DNA from: an uncultured Actinomycetota bacterium
GTDB lineage: Bacteria > Actinomycetota > Actinomycetes > Streptosporangiales > Streptosporangiaceae
Assembly: GCA_963730085.1 (NCBI GenBank)
Contig: CAVSQI010000012.1
Coordinates: 14,466-78,465 of the forward strand
Direction of reading: 5' to 3'
Length of the DNA: 64,000 bases
The position numbers were made by a program, and so were the translations under genes. The stretch's first letter is position 1. Each line of letters starts with the position of its first letter. The notes beneath the pieces were generated by a model that saw only the letters and a list, made by a program, of their open reading frames with translations, did not search any database and was not told where the DNA came from. Positions 1 through 10,111 of this stretch are shown here, one piece after another.

Positions 1-338
1 TATTCGCTGGCTCGTTGCTCTCGCGGTCTGCGCGAGCGTTTCGCGCCTGATCTTGGTCGCTCGGGCGATAAGGCCGGTCCTCGCCTAGGGCGCTGGTGCG
101 TAGCTGAGAGTTGGCCCAGCCGGACCTCGGTCGCGCGTGTCGCCTTGTCAGTAGGGTAGGCCCCGCATTGCGCCTAATGGCATAACGCTGCTCAGCGAGC
201 TGGGAAACGCATGTCCCCGTCGTGGGCCCGCAGAAGTCGCAATATTGAGTTGCAAGCCGGTCGAGCTTTGAACGACGCTGCCGGGACGCAGGCGTGTAGC
301 GCGCTTGGCTGCCCTTCGGCGAATGGAATCAGGTCACG

Positions 339-557
339 GTGCGTCTGCCCTATCGTGACGTTCTGGCCCAGCGCGAGTTCCGGCTGTTCATTAGCGCGCG
401 GACGGTCTCCCAGCTGGGAAACTACGCGGGCATAACGGTCATCGCGTTCGCGGTGCTGTCCACTGGCGCCGGTGCGGGCGGGGTCGGCCTGGTCCTGGGC
501 GCAGAAGCCCTGGCAATGACGGTGCTGCTTCTGCTTGGCGGGGTGCTAGGCGACCGA
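339..557 (+). pseudogene. MFS transporter, 5' remnant (about 73 N-terminal codons only)
   Basis: ORF 339..752 starts MRLPYRDVLAQREFRLFISARTVSQLGNYAGITVIAFAVL...LLLLGGVLGDR, which looks like the first two TM helices of an EntS-like MFS protein. After about 557 it degenerates into Pro/Ser/Arg-rich non-membrane sequence. Confidence 0.5.
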
Positions 558-595
558 GCGTGCCGCGAGGGGCCAGACATCTCCGCGAACGCCGT

Positions 596-982
596 CCCCT
601 CACCGGCTACGCGGAGTACTGCACCGGGTCGACCTTCGTCTCGCCCAACCCAACCGGCGTCGACTACGAGAGCGCCTGCTTGGGTCTCACCAAGACCCCT
701 GGCGCTCCGGGGTGGTTCCACATCGGCGGAACCAGTCTCTCCGCGCCGCTGATGGGCGCTCTCTTCAGTGATCGCGACGCCTTCCGGCGTCATCGCTCTG
801 GGAACGCCAACTTCCTTCTCTACGCGCTCTACAACAACCGGCACACCCGTGCCGCCAACATCCACGACATCACCGGGATCGGCCAAGTCAGCAACAACAA
901 CGGCTTCTACCCGGTGACGCCTGGATACGACGAGGCAACTGGAATCGGCACGCCCAACTTCGCGGCTTTGATCACCGGCTAA
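596..982 (+). pseudogene. S53 (sedolisin-type) serine peptidase, 3' remnant
   Basis: ORF 560..982 contains GWFHIGGTSLSAPLMGALFS (catalytic-Ser motif GGTSxxAP) and the C-terminal DITGIG...GYDEATGIGTPNFAALI. Only about 125 C-terminal residues are present; there is no pro-domain and no Asp/Glu catalytic region. Confidence 0.55.
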
Positions 983-1011
983 CGCTGGTAATCAGAACCC
1001 AGGGCCCGTTA

Positions 1012-1055
1012 AGCGACGCCCGGCATACGGCATCTGCTGTATGCCGGGCGTCGCT
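1012..1055 (+). terminator. perfect 17-bp stem hairpin downstream of the peptidase remnant
   Basis: AGCGACGCCCGGCATAC (1012-1028), a 10-nt loop, then GTATGCCGGGCGTCGCT (1039-1055). There is no clear U tract. Confidence 0.45.
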
Positions 1056-1409
1056 CGCTCATCGCCGGCCTGGGTGGCAGCAGCCTGAGTGCAGCGCCCA
1101 GCCGAGCTTGGCTGCAGATCGCGGTCCGGCCCAGCCGCGGGTGTCAGGTTCTCTCGGCATGCGGCGAGGCGACGGGCACTCCAGCCGGTGCTCTCGCTGG
1201 GTCCGCCAGGCGTCGGCTCGCCCGGCAGACTGGCGTCTGTTGTGCTCCCGGAGCGCGTCGACGCAATCCGAGAGTGTCGGGACCAACCCCACGGCTCATT
1301 GGCGGCGTCGAGGTCGGCCCCGATGACGGCTTGGATGAGAAATCCTCCGTCAGCGCCTCGCGGTACGCGTCTGTACACATGGCTGCGACGCCTGACGGCT
1401 CAGCGCAGT

Positions 1410-1811
1410 TCCTGAATGCGGACCAGGTTGCCGGCCGGATCGCGGAAGGCGCAGTCGCGGATGCCATACGGCTGGTCGGTCGGCTCCTGAACGACCTCCG
1501 CGTCGCATGCTTGCAGTCGCTCGAAGGTGCCGTCGAGGTCCTTGGTGGCCAGAGAGGATCCAGCCGTAGGTGCCCTTGGCCATCATCTCGGCGATCGTGC
1601 GGCGCTCGTCATCTGTAGTCCCGGGATCGGTCGCCGGCGGCGCTAGGAGGATGGATGTGTCGGGCTGGCCGGCGGGGCCGACCGTGATCCAGCGCATCTT
1701 GCCGCGTCCGACGTCGTTGCGGACCTCAAAGCCGAGGCTGTCGCGATAGAAAACCAGCGAGGCTTCCGGGTCGTCGTGTGGCAGAACGCTCGCGTGAATG
1801 GTGATGTCCAT
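1410..1811 (-). CDS. VOC/glyoxalase family protein (frameshifted as assembled near 1555)
   Basis: The N-terminus MDITIHASVLPHDDPEASLVFYRDSLGFEVRNDVGRGKMRWITV is glyoxalase-like. After AKGTY the expected C-terminus ATKDLDGTFERLQACDAEVVQEPTDQPYGIRDCAFRDPAGNLVRIQELR* continues in another frame, ending at the stop 1410-1412. Confidence 0.75.
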
Positions 1812-1816
1812 AGCCC

Positions 1817-2293
1817 TCAGGCTAGTTGCGGCTCGGAGACCGGCGCTTCTCGATTCCTGACCGGCCTAGTCACCTGTTTCGCCACACACGGTGGGATCCC
1901 CGCCGTCCCGCGAGCTGCCTCGTGCCGGTAGGTGCTAGGTGGCATGCCGACCAACTCGGCAAAGCGAGTGCTGAAGGTCCCGAGCGACGAGCAGCCGACC
2001 GCGAAACAGACCTCGGTGACGCTGAGATCGCCGCGACGCAAGAGGGCCATTGCACGCTCGATCCGCCGCGTCATCAGGTAGCTGTACGGCGACTCACCGT
2101 AGGCCAGCTTGAATTCGCGGCTGAGGTGCCCGGCCGACATGTGCGCGCCGCGGGCGAGCGCCTCGACGTCTAGCGGCTGCGCGTACTCCCGGTCAATCCG
2201 GTCGCGGACGCGGCGCAGAGTTGCGAGGTCGCGAAGGCGCTGCGCGGGGGCGGATCTGCTGGTCACATGCAAGATCGTACGCTGCGTCCCCAC
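1817..2293 (-). CDS. AraC family transcriptional regulator
   Basis: The dual HTH region HLSREFKLAYGESPYSYLMTRRIERAMALLRRGDLSVTEVCFAVGCSSLGTFSTRFAELVGMPPSTYR is typical of AraC/XylS. It is adjacent to the VOC gene. Confidence 0.85.
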   Translation of the reverse strand: MGTQRTILHVTSRSAPAQRLRDLATLRRVRDRIDREYAQPLDVEALARGAHMSAGHLSREFKLAYGESPYSYLMTRRIERAMALLRRGDLSVTEVCFAVGCSSLGTFSTRFAELVGMPPSTYRHEAARGTAGIPPCVAKQVTRPVRNREAPVSEPQLA

Positions 2294-2582
2294 CGATTCC
2301 GAGCCCGTGTGGTAGCGCTACGGGCTATTGGTCGCGGACAGCGGGGAACGTCGTACGACTAGCGGGATTCAGTTTCCTGCGCCTGATGGTTGCTCGACGC
2401 CGGTCAGGGTACAAACCGGCATCGTCACGGGCGTGTTATGCATCCGCCCGGCACGCAGTCGCGGGAGCGGCAGGCGGAGGCCGTAGGCGCCGCATAGGGG
2501 TTCGCCGCCGCGACAGCTCAAGTCGGAGCCATCAAGTCCGGCAATGTCTCGTCGTCTACCAGCGCAGCGAGGTAGGGACTCA

Positions 2583-3768
2583 ATGTCCGTTGAGACTGAG
2601 ATCCGCCCGTTCCGGGTGAACATGCCCGAAGAAGCGATCACCGACCTCGAAAGGCGCGTCACCGCGACGCGCTGGCCATCAAAAGAGCTTGTCGCCGATC
2701 GGTCACAAGGCGTTCAGCTGGCGACAATTCAGGAGCTCGCCCGCTACTGGCCAACGGACTATGACTGGCGCCAGTGCGAGGCGAAGCTGAACGCGCTGCC
2801 GCAGTTCAAGACCGAGATCGACGGGGTGGACATCCACTTCATCCACGTGAAGTCGCAAGACGCGGGTGCATTGCCGCTGATCATGACGCACGGCTGGCCA
2901 GGCTCGGTCATCGAGCTGCTCGACGTTGTGGGCCCGCTCACCAACCCGACTGCGCACGGCGGACGCACCGAGGACGCTTTCGACCTGGTACTACCGTCCT
3001 TGCCCGGCTACGGATTCTCAGGCCAGCCGGCCGATGTCGGCTGGAACCCAAGCCGCATAGCCGAGGCGTGGGCGGAACTGATGCGCCGCCTCGGCTACTC
3101 GCGCTACGTCGCCCAGGGCGGCGACGTGGGCGCCGCGGTCACGGACGCCATGGGCCGCCAGGCCCCCGGAGGGACTGGTCGGCCTTCATATGAATCTGCT
3201 CCTGGCCGGGCTGGCGGGCGGTTATCAGTCCGCGCAACCCTCGGACGAGGAACGGGCAGCTCTCGAGGCAATGGCCGCATTCAACGCGAGCGGCAAGGGC
3301 TACCTCATCGAGCAGGACAACCGGCCGCAAACAATCGGCTATGCCCTGCTGGATTCACCCGTCGCCCTCGCGGCCTGGATGCTCGACCACGACACAGACA
3401 GTTACGAGAAGATCTCTCGCGCCTTTGTCGACGGCCAGCCGACGGGAAACCTCACCAGGGATCGGATCGTGGACAACATCACCTTGTACTGGCTCACAGG
3501 CACGGGCGCATCAGCGGCTCGCGAGTACTGGGAGAGCGGGCGAGCGGCCGCCCTCTCGGCCGGGCACGTTCCTCCTGAGGTCACGGTCCCGGTGGCCTTC
3601 ACCACGTTCCCTGGCGAGATCTTCCGGGCCCCGCGTAGCTGGGCCGAGAAGGCATACCCCACCCTCATGTACTTCAACGAGGTCGACAAGGGCGGCCACT
3701 TCGCCGCGTGGGAAGAACCTGAGCTGTTCGCCAGCGAGATGCGGGCGGCCTTCAAGTCGCTGCGTTAG
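2583..3768 (+). CDS. epoxide hydrolase, EHN N-terminal domain plus alpha/beta fold (frameshifted near 3168)
   Basis: Contains EIRPFRVNMPEEAITDLERRV...IDGVDIHFIHVKS...MTHGWPGSVIELL...SLPGYGFSG. After GRQAP the protein continues in another frame as EGLVGLHMNLLLAG...GGHFAAWEEPELFASEMRAAFKSLR. The break coincides with a C-run (gcccccgga). Confidence 0.85.
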
Positions 3769-3781
3769 CGACATCACCGCT

Positions 3782-3812
3782 GGGCGGCCCCGGATCCTGT
3801 CCGGGGCCGCCC
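3782..3812 (+). terminator. 13-bp GC hairpin after the epoxide hydrolase
   Basis: GGGCGGCCCCGGA, loop tcctg, then TCCGGGGCCGCCC. It lies 14 nt after the stop codon. Confidence 0.55.
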
Positions 3813-4054
3813 TAGTTGCGCGTCAGTGGACTTCGCCTGGCCGCGGCGAAGCCGCCCCGAGCTCCCGACGCGTCCCCGGTCCTCGCGGTGCCCGAGGGAC
3901 TGGCTGGGCAGCTGGGGCGAATGTCCAGGATACGAGCATGATCGGAACCGATAGCCCTGACGTCACCCGATAGCCCGAGACATCATAGTTTGCGCCAAAG
4001 ACGATAGTAAAGCTAAGGTAATGACCCTCTGTTCGATTAGTCACGCGACTGAGG

Positions 4055-5213
4055 GTGGGTCGGCTTCTGTTCACGATGCGACGCTGGGCAGCGGCTCGCG
4101 TGAACACTCGACTGCGGCCACGGAGCCGGGTCGCCTTGATCATGGCTGTGGCGTTCGCCGCGGTCGGTACCTTCGCCGGCGCCACCTCTTCGACGGCGAT
4201 TGGCTCGAAGAGCCCGCAGCAGGCCAGCATTGCCGAGCTTTTCGAGTCTTACAACCCGGACACGGGCCTCATTGGCAGGCTCCTGGTGGGAGGCCGCGGT
4301 GGCGCTGTCGGCCGTCGAGACCTACGCGCAGACGACAGGGGATACCAGCTACGACGGGGCGATCGCGCGAGCTTTCGCCTTTAACTCGCGCGGGAAATTC
4401 GAGAACAGCTCCGACGACGACACGGCGTGGTGGGCGCTGGCGTGGCTACAGGCCTACGACCTCACTCACGTCTCGGCGTACCTTTCGATGGCGGAGACCG
4501 ACGCTGACTACATCCATCAGGACTGGGACAGCACCTGTGGCGGCGGCGTGTGGTGGCAGCGGAGCCCGCGTGCTTACAAGAACGCGATCAGCAACGAGCT
4601 CTTCCTCCAGCTGACCGCTTGGCTGCACAACGACATCCCTGGCGATACGAAGTACCTGCGATGGGCTAAAGCCGAGTGGTCGTGGCTCAACCACAGCGGA
4701 ATGATCAACAACAGCGACCTGGTGAACGATGGCCTTGATGACAACTGTGCGAACAACGCGGGTGTCACCTGGACCTACAACCAGGGGGTGATCCTGGCCG
4801 GGCTGGCCGAGCTGTACCAGGCCACCGGTAATCAGTCGCTGCTGAGCCGAGCGGAACGCATGGCCTCGGCGGCAATCAGCCAGCTCGCTGTCCACGGCGT
4901 GCTAGCTGAGCCGTGCGAGCACGCCGCGTGCGCTGCGATGCTCGACAACAACACCCTGGCGTTCAAGGGAATCTTTATGCGCGACCTCAAGGTCCTCGCC
5001 GTCACTGCCAGGACGGCCCGGTTCAACGCGTTCTTCGTCAGGCAGGCCCGGTCGATCGAGACCCGCGACACTGGCGACTACCGCCAGCACGGCATGTTCT
5101 GGGTTGGCCCCATCGCCGATGTCAGCTCCGCTACTGAAGCCAGCGCGCTAGATGCGCTCGTTGCCTCGCTAGACCTGCCCGGGGCGGCTCGCGGGCCCGG
5201 GCAGGCCAGCTGA
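4055..5213 (+). CDS. glycoside hydrolase family 76 (alpha-1,6-mannanase-like), secreted (frameshifted near 4285)
   Basis: The signal-like N-terminus RSRVALIMAVAFAAVGTFAGA and YNPDTGLIG are in frame 1. SWWEAAVALSAVETYAQ...DDDTAWWALAWLQAYDLT...GGVWWQRSPRAYKNAISNELFLQL follow in frame 2. The start could instead be the ATG at 4076. Confidence 0.75.
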
Positions 5214-5281
5214 CCTGCTCGCCTCGGCCTCGTGGATGTTGCATGCAGGACGACGCCCAGGCCGCGGCCTCATCGGCTTGC

Positions 5282-6082
5282 TCACATGGGAACCTTGATG
5301 CCCCGCCTGACCAGCCATACGTTCGCGGGCCAGGAGGTGACGAATCCGATCATCATGCCGACCTGCATGAGGAACCAGAAGGCGGCGGAACTGGTCGCCA
5401 GGTGATGCGGCGCGGGGAACAGGACGAACGTCATGATGGCCATCCAGCCGAACAGGCCAATTTCGAACGCCGTCAGCGATATGAAGTCAGCCTTCGCCGC
5501 CGCCTTCAGGCCGTCTCTGAGGCCAAGACCACGCATCGGCGCGATGGCGAAATACTGGAACAAGATGCCGAACGCGAGCGCCAGGACGTAGTCACCGGTG
5601 TACTCCGCGAGCAGGGTTGTCCCGGCGATCGTGATGGCCAGCCAGAATATTGCGAACTCCGATATCACGTCGCCAAGAGCACATCCAGATCCGCAGTGGC
5701 TCACCTCAATGGCCATCGTGACCCAGCGCGGTCTGTGCCGAGCCGCCATCGGAGCCGCCATCCGATCTGGCTGCTCGTCGCTTTGCGCGGGACCCTGGCC
5801 TACGAGTTCGTCTTCCGCTCCCGGTGCCGTGGCCAGTCGGGCGGTTGCCATCGCGGCGGGCGTGGCCGCCACCATCGACCGGCCAGGTGCCCGGGCCCAG
5901 CGCCAGTAGAACGCGACGGCCAGGGGGCCGAAATACAAAGCGGTGATGGGATAGACGAAGTTCATTATCCCCATCTGCTGCCTGCGATGGTTAACGACGA
6001 CGTCGTAGGTAACAGCGGTCGCGCAGCAAAAGCAGATCGATAGGTAGACCCACGCGACAACCGTCAGCCACGTCGGCGTCAT
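5282..6082 (-). CDS. DUF4396 domain-containing membrane protein
   Basis: Multi-TM protein with MAIEVSHCGSGCALGDVISEF...FGILFQYFAIAPMRGL. The start is placed at the internal ATG (MTPTWLTVVAW). Confidence 0.7.
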   Translation of the reverse strand: MTPTWLTVVAWVYLSICFCCATAVTYDVVVNHRRQQMGIMNFVYPITALYFGPLAVAFYWRWARAPGRSMVAATPAAMATARLATAPGAEDELVGQGPAQSDEQPDRMAAPMAARHRPRWVTMAIEVSHCGSGCALGDVISEFAIFWLAITIAGTTLLAEYTGDYVLALAFGILFQYFAIAPMRGLGLRDGLKAAAKADFISLTAFEIGLFGWMAIMTFVLFPAPHHLATSSAAFWFLMQVGMMIGFVTSWPANVWLVRRGIKVPM

Positions 6083-6287
6083 CACGCATCCTCGGCCGGC
6101 ACGATTCCAGCGTCGCACGACGCACACGCGGGATGAGCCGCGACCCGCAAGTCCGCCTTGGCTATCGCAGCCCTGGCCGCAATCCAATGCATTGTTATCC
6201 GGCGTGGCAGCGCGTCATAATTTCGACAGCCCGTAGTGGCACGGCTAGCTGTACCTCAACGCGCCAGAACCGCTGCCGAGGAGACGC

Positions 6288-6932
6288 GTGCAGGATCACC
6301 CGACCAACGAAGGCCAGGCCGAGCACGGTAGATCCGATGTGCGGGTATCCGACGCCGACCGGGAACAGGTCGCCCACGTGCTCGGCGAACACGCCGTCGC
6401 CGGCCGACTGACTCCAGCCGAGCTTGACCAGCGTCTGAGCCGCGCGTATGCCGCCCGAACGGGCGGCGAACTGGCCGAGCTGATGCGCGATCTGCCCGTG
6501 CCGGCGAAGACGGACAAGGAATCCAAGCCTCGGCGCTGGTTCGTCTCGATCATGGGCAGCTCGAGCCGACGGACAAGACACCGCATCCGCCGGGCCAGCA
6601 GCGTCGCGGTCTTTGCCAGTCCGAACATCGACTTGTGCCACGACCAGCTAGACGGCGACGAGATTGTCGTCAGGGGGTTCGTGTTCTGGGGCTGGCCCGA
6701 CATCTACGTGCCCGACTCCGTGCGGCTAGAGATGAGCGGGTTCACTTTGCTGGGTGGCGACCACGAGCGCGGCAGCAGTCACATGCCGGCAGCGGACGCG
6801 CCGGTGGTCAAGGTTCGGTCCTACGGGCTCATCGGCGGCTACACGGTGTGGCGCCTGCCGCCGGAACTGCAGGAACTGTCGTACTACCAGGCAAGGAAGG
6901 CCGCCAGGCAGTTGCCACGGCATCCGAGCTGA
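6288..6932 (+). CDS. DUF1707 domain-containing protein
   Basis: The N-terminus VSDADREQVAHVLGEHAVAGRLTPAELDQRLSRAYAARTGGELAELMRDLP is the DUF1707/SHOCT-like motif. Confidence 0.75.
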   Translation: MQDHPTNEGQAEHGRSDVRVSDADREQVAHVLGEHAVAGRLTPAELDQRLSRAYAARTGGELAELMRDLPVPAKTDKESKPRRWFVSIMGSSSRRTRHRIRRASSVAVFASPNIDLCHDQLDGDEIVVRGFVFWGWPDIYVPDSVRLEMSGFTLLGGDHERGSSHMPAADAPVVKVRSYGLIGGYTVWRLPPELQELSYYQARKAARQLPRHPS

Positions 6933-6992
6933 CCGGCAGGTCGCTTCCCATCCGGCGCCCCGCGGCGGTCATTGCGCCGCTATTGTCTACCC

Positions 6993-7998
6993 GTGCACCG
7001 GCGGGGATACAGGAACGGGAACGGGGAAGTCGTCGGCTAGTCGACTTGTTGCGCTCGCGGTCGGCTGCGCTCTCGTCGCCCTCTGCCTGTCCGCCTGTAC
7101 GAACGCCGCGAGTCCTCAAGCAGGCGCGGCAGCCCAGTCGGCGACGACCAGCAGATCACCGTCGCCCACGCCCAGCCCTTCCGGAATGCAATCCATCCAG
7201 GTCGGCAGCGCCCCGCAGCGCGTGCTGGCCACCGGCGCGGCCTTGGCCGACGTCGACACCGACGATCTGCTGTGGAGTCGTCAACTCGATACCGAACGGC
7301 CGATCGGCAGCATCGCCAAGGTCATGACCGCGCTTGTCGTGCTCGAGTCCGGCGACCTGAACCAGCAGATCCGCATCCCGAAGGCCGTCATCGCATACGT
7401 CACGAAGTATCAGGGCGAGAGCGGGGGCCTGCGGCCCGGCGACGTCCTGACTGTCAGCGAACTGCTTGAAGCCTTGCTCCTGGCGTCGGCCTGCGACGCG
7501 GCGTACGTCTTGGCCACCACCTACGGGCCGGGCATACCTGCGTTCTTGGCCAAGATGAACGCGATGGCGCTCCGACTCGGAATGACGCATACGCAATTCA
7601 CCAGCCCGGATGGCCTTCCGTATCCCAGCGAGTACTCCACGTATTCGACCCCGGCTGATCTGCTGACGCTCGGTCTGGCGGCGATGAAACTACCGGCGTT
7701 CCGGTCGATAGTCGATCAGCGCTTCTACAACCTCCCGAAGAGCCGGGGCCTGCACCACGCCTACTGGTGGGGCAATACGAACTACCTGATCGGCAGCTAC
7801 CAGGGCGCGACCGGAATCAAGACCGGCTACACCGACGCCGCGAAGCACTGCCTGCTTTTCGAGGCGGTACGCCACGGTACGACGCTCCTCGGCGTGGTTC
7901 TCGGGAGTCCCGACACTGGACCGGCCGCAGGCGCTCAGGCGGCGGCGAAGCTCCTGGACTGGGGATTCGGACTCAAGCAGCTGCCGGCGTCCGGCTGA
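6993..7998 (+). CDS. D-alanyl-D-alanine carboxypeptidase (peptidase S11), lipoprotein; start uncertain
   Basis: Contains the SxxK motif in RPIGSIAKVMTALVVLE and a lipobox LVALCLSAC. The coding frame has no canonical start near the signal peptide. A GTG at 6993 in another frame (VHRRGYRNGNG) suggests one more indel near 7020. Confidence 0.7.
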
Positions 7999-8171
7999 CG
8001 TCCGGCGATTCTCGGCCCCGTTCCCGGCCTTAAGGTGGTTTTTGACATCTAGTGCCATTAGTCCCGGGCACTCGTGACCTTTGCGCCTGCCGTCGGCACG
8101 CGTCCTGCCGGAAGCTGATTCCAGAACCCGCGGGAACAGGGTTCACGAGCAAAGGGAAGAAGGCAATTCCG

Positions 8172-8780
8172 ATGGCGAGCCCAGTTGAATTTCTCGGTGA
8201 GCCGACCGCGCGCCGCAACCTCCGGGTGTGGGAGTGGGTGAAGGATTCCAAGATCATGGCAGTCGGCTGGACGGCGATGCGCGTCTGGCTAGGCGTCATG
8301 TGGATCCAGGCCGGCGTGGCCAAGCTGTGGGGAGCGGAGAACCCAGGATTCCTGCACAACAACGGTGCCGCGGTCGCCGGCTTCGCGGGTCACGGGACTC
8401 CTGCCTACACGTGGTGGGGCAGCTTCCTGCACAGCTTCGTCGTTCCGAACGCGGGCTGGATCGCCGTTCTCGTCGCGGTCAGTGAGTTCGCTATCGGCAT
8501 CGCGCTGTGCCTCGGCCTGTTCACCCGGATCGCGGCGCTCAGCAGCCTGGCCCTGCTGTTCACATACGTCATGTCGGGCACAGCGAGCGTGTGCGGATGG
8601 TATGCGCTGTTGGCCATCGTGATCCTGGTCATGTGGCGGACCTCAAGCTGGCTCGGCGTCGATGGCCTGGTGGCCAGCTACCGGCAGCGCCGCCACCACG
8701 AGAGCGGCCTGCACTCGCCAGTCCGTGACCTACTCAGCCGGGTGGCGGCCGGGACCCCCACGGTCGACAAGACCGCGTGA
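8172..8780 (+). CDS. DoxX/DoxD-like family membrane protein
   Basis: Contains WTAMRVWLGVMWIQAGVAKLWG...AVSEFAIGIALCLGLFTRIAAL. ATG at 8172 follows a purine-rich stretch (gggaagaagg). Confidence 0.55.
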   Translation: MASPVEFLGEPTARRNLRVWEWVKDSKIMAVGWTAMRVWLGVMWIQAGVAKLWGAENPGFLHNNGAAVAGFAGHGTPAYTWWGSFLHSFVVPNAGWIAVLVAVSEFAIGIALCLGLFTRIAALSSLALLFTYVMSGTASVCGWYALLAIVILVMWRTSSWLGVDGLVASYRQRRHHESGLHSPVRDLLSRVAAGTPTVDKTA

Positions 8781-8807
8781 GGATCCGTTTCCTCGGTCGA
8801 GTCCCTA

Positions 8808-8838
8808 CCGGTGCGGCCCCGCAAGCGGGCCGCACCGG
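8808..8838. terminator. 12-bp hairpin between the convergent doxX-like and pyrH genes
   Basis: CCGGTGCGGCCC, loop cgcaagc, then GGGCCGCACCGG. Confidence 0.5.
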
Positions 8839-8849
8839 GATTTGCCTAC

Positions 8850-9602
8850 TCAGTTCTTGGCGGTGATCCGCGTGCCGAGGTCGACGCCTTCGCAGATCAG
8901 TCGCATGGCGCCCGCGGCGGCGACGTCGAAGACGTGCATGGTCAGCGACTGCTCGTTCGCCAGTACGAAGGCGCTCAGGTCCATCACTCGCACGCCGGCG
9001 GCGAGCGCCTCGTCATACGTGAGGTACTCGTACCGGACGGCATCCGGGTTCAGCCGCGGGTCGCTGTCGTAAACGCCGTCGACGCCCTTCTTCGCCACGA
9101 GCAGCGCGTCCGCCTCGAGTTCGAGGGCACGCTGCACGGCCGGGTAGTCAGTCGTCACATACGGCTGACCGATGCCGCCGCCGAGTAGCACGATCGAGCC
9201 GTGCTCCAGGTGCCGCACCGCGCGCAGCCGGATGAACGGCTCAGCCACACTCTGCACTGGCACGGCCGTCATGACCCGGATATCGACGTCGGTCCGGGCC
9301 GTGAGCACACCGCGCAGCATCAGGCAGTTCATGATGGTGGCCAGCATGCCGATGTTGTCCGCCTCGGCCCGGCTGATGCCCCAGCCTTCGGCCATCCGGC
9401 CGCGGAAGTAATTACCGCCGCCGACGACGACTGCGACCTGGACGCCGAGTTCGCGCACCGACAAGATCTCGTCGGCCACCCGCGACAGGCTGGCCGGGTC
9501 CGAGCCCGAGCCGGCCGCTCCCGCCAGTGCCTCACCGCTGAGCTTGACGACGACCCTGTTGTACCGCGGCACGCTGCCTCCCTTCCCGGGTGCCGATGGC
9601 AT
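8850..9602 (-). CDS. pyrH: UMP kinase
   Basis: Contains RVVVKLSGEALAG...VVVGGGNYFRG...MLATIMNCLMLRG...LLGGGIGQPYVTTDYPAVQRALEL...VDGVYDSDP. Full-length amino-acid-kinase fold of the PyrH type. Confidence 0.85.
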   Translation of the reverse strand: MPSAPGKGGSVPRYNRVVVKLSGEALAGAAGSGSDPASLSRVADEILSVRELGVQVAVVVGGGNYFRGRMAEGWGISRAEADNIGMLATIMNCLMLRGVLTARTDVDIRVMTAVPVQSVAEPFIRLRAVRHLEHGSIVLLGGGIGQPYVTTDYPAVQRALELEADALLVAKKGVDGVYDSDPRLNPDAVRYEYLTYDEALAAGVRVMDLSAFVLANEQSLTMHVFDVAAAGAMRLICEGVDLGTRITAKN

Positions 9603-9948
9603 GCACTCCGCTCAGTATCCGCCATCGCAAACGGCGTCGCCGAGCTCCAGCTGACCTCGGGCATCGGTGACCGCGCGGACAACGCTACGATCACGTCTCA
9701 GCCGCCTGGCGCAGGATGTCGGTGACGCGTCGAACTAACCGGCGTCACCGCTGCGGCGGGCGGGGTCCACCGCGGGACGGGTTATTCGCGCAGGTCAGCG
9801 GCCTATGGGCCGCTGTCAGGCGATTCGGTGGCAATGCTCTGATTTCTTGTCCGCGCAGGCGGGCGGATGTCAGGCCCCGTCGCCCGCAGCTGGCCGGACA
9901 CGTTTCCGTTACTCGGGCGCGACGCAAGACACCATATGTTCACTTCTC

Positions 9949-9992
9949 GGATGCCGTCCGTTCACGACTGGTTCCGCGCCATATACCTGCGC
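9949..9992 (+). promoter_or_regulatory. candidate PhoP operator (PHO boxes) upstream of pstS
   Basis: GTTCAC at 9949, GTTCAC at 9971 and GTTCCG at 9982 fall on an 11-nt register. An inverted GGTGAAC lies at 10033-10039. The site is 70-160 nt upstream of the pstS ATG. Confidence 0.45.
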
Positions 9993-10111
9993 CCGCCAGA
10001 CTGAGCTGGCACCACCGTGTGGGGGGCTGACCGGTGAACCTGCATGCCGACCGTACGGCCAAGGCCTGCGCTGGCGGTCGCGAGACTCACAAATCTATAA
10101 GGAGCACAACT

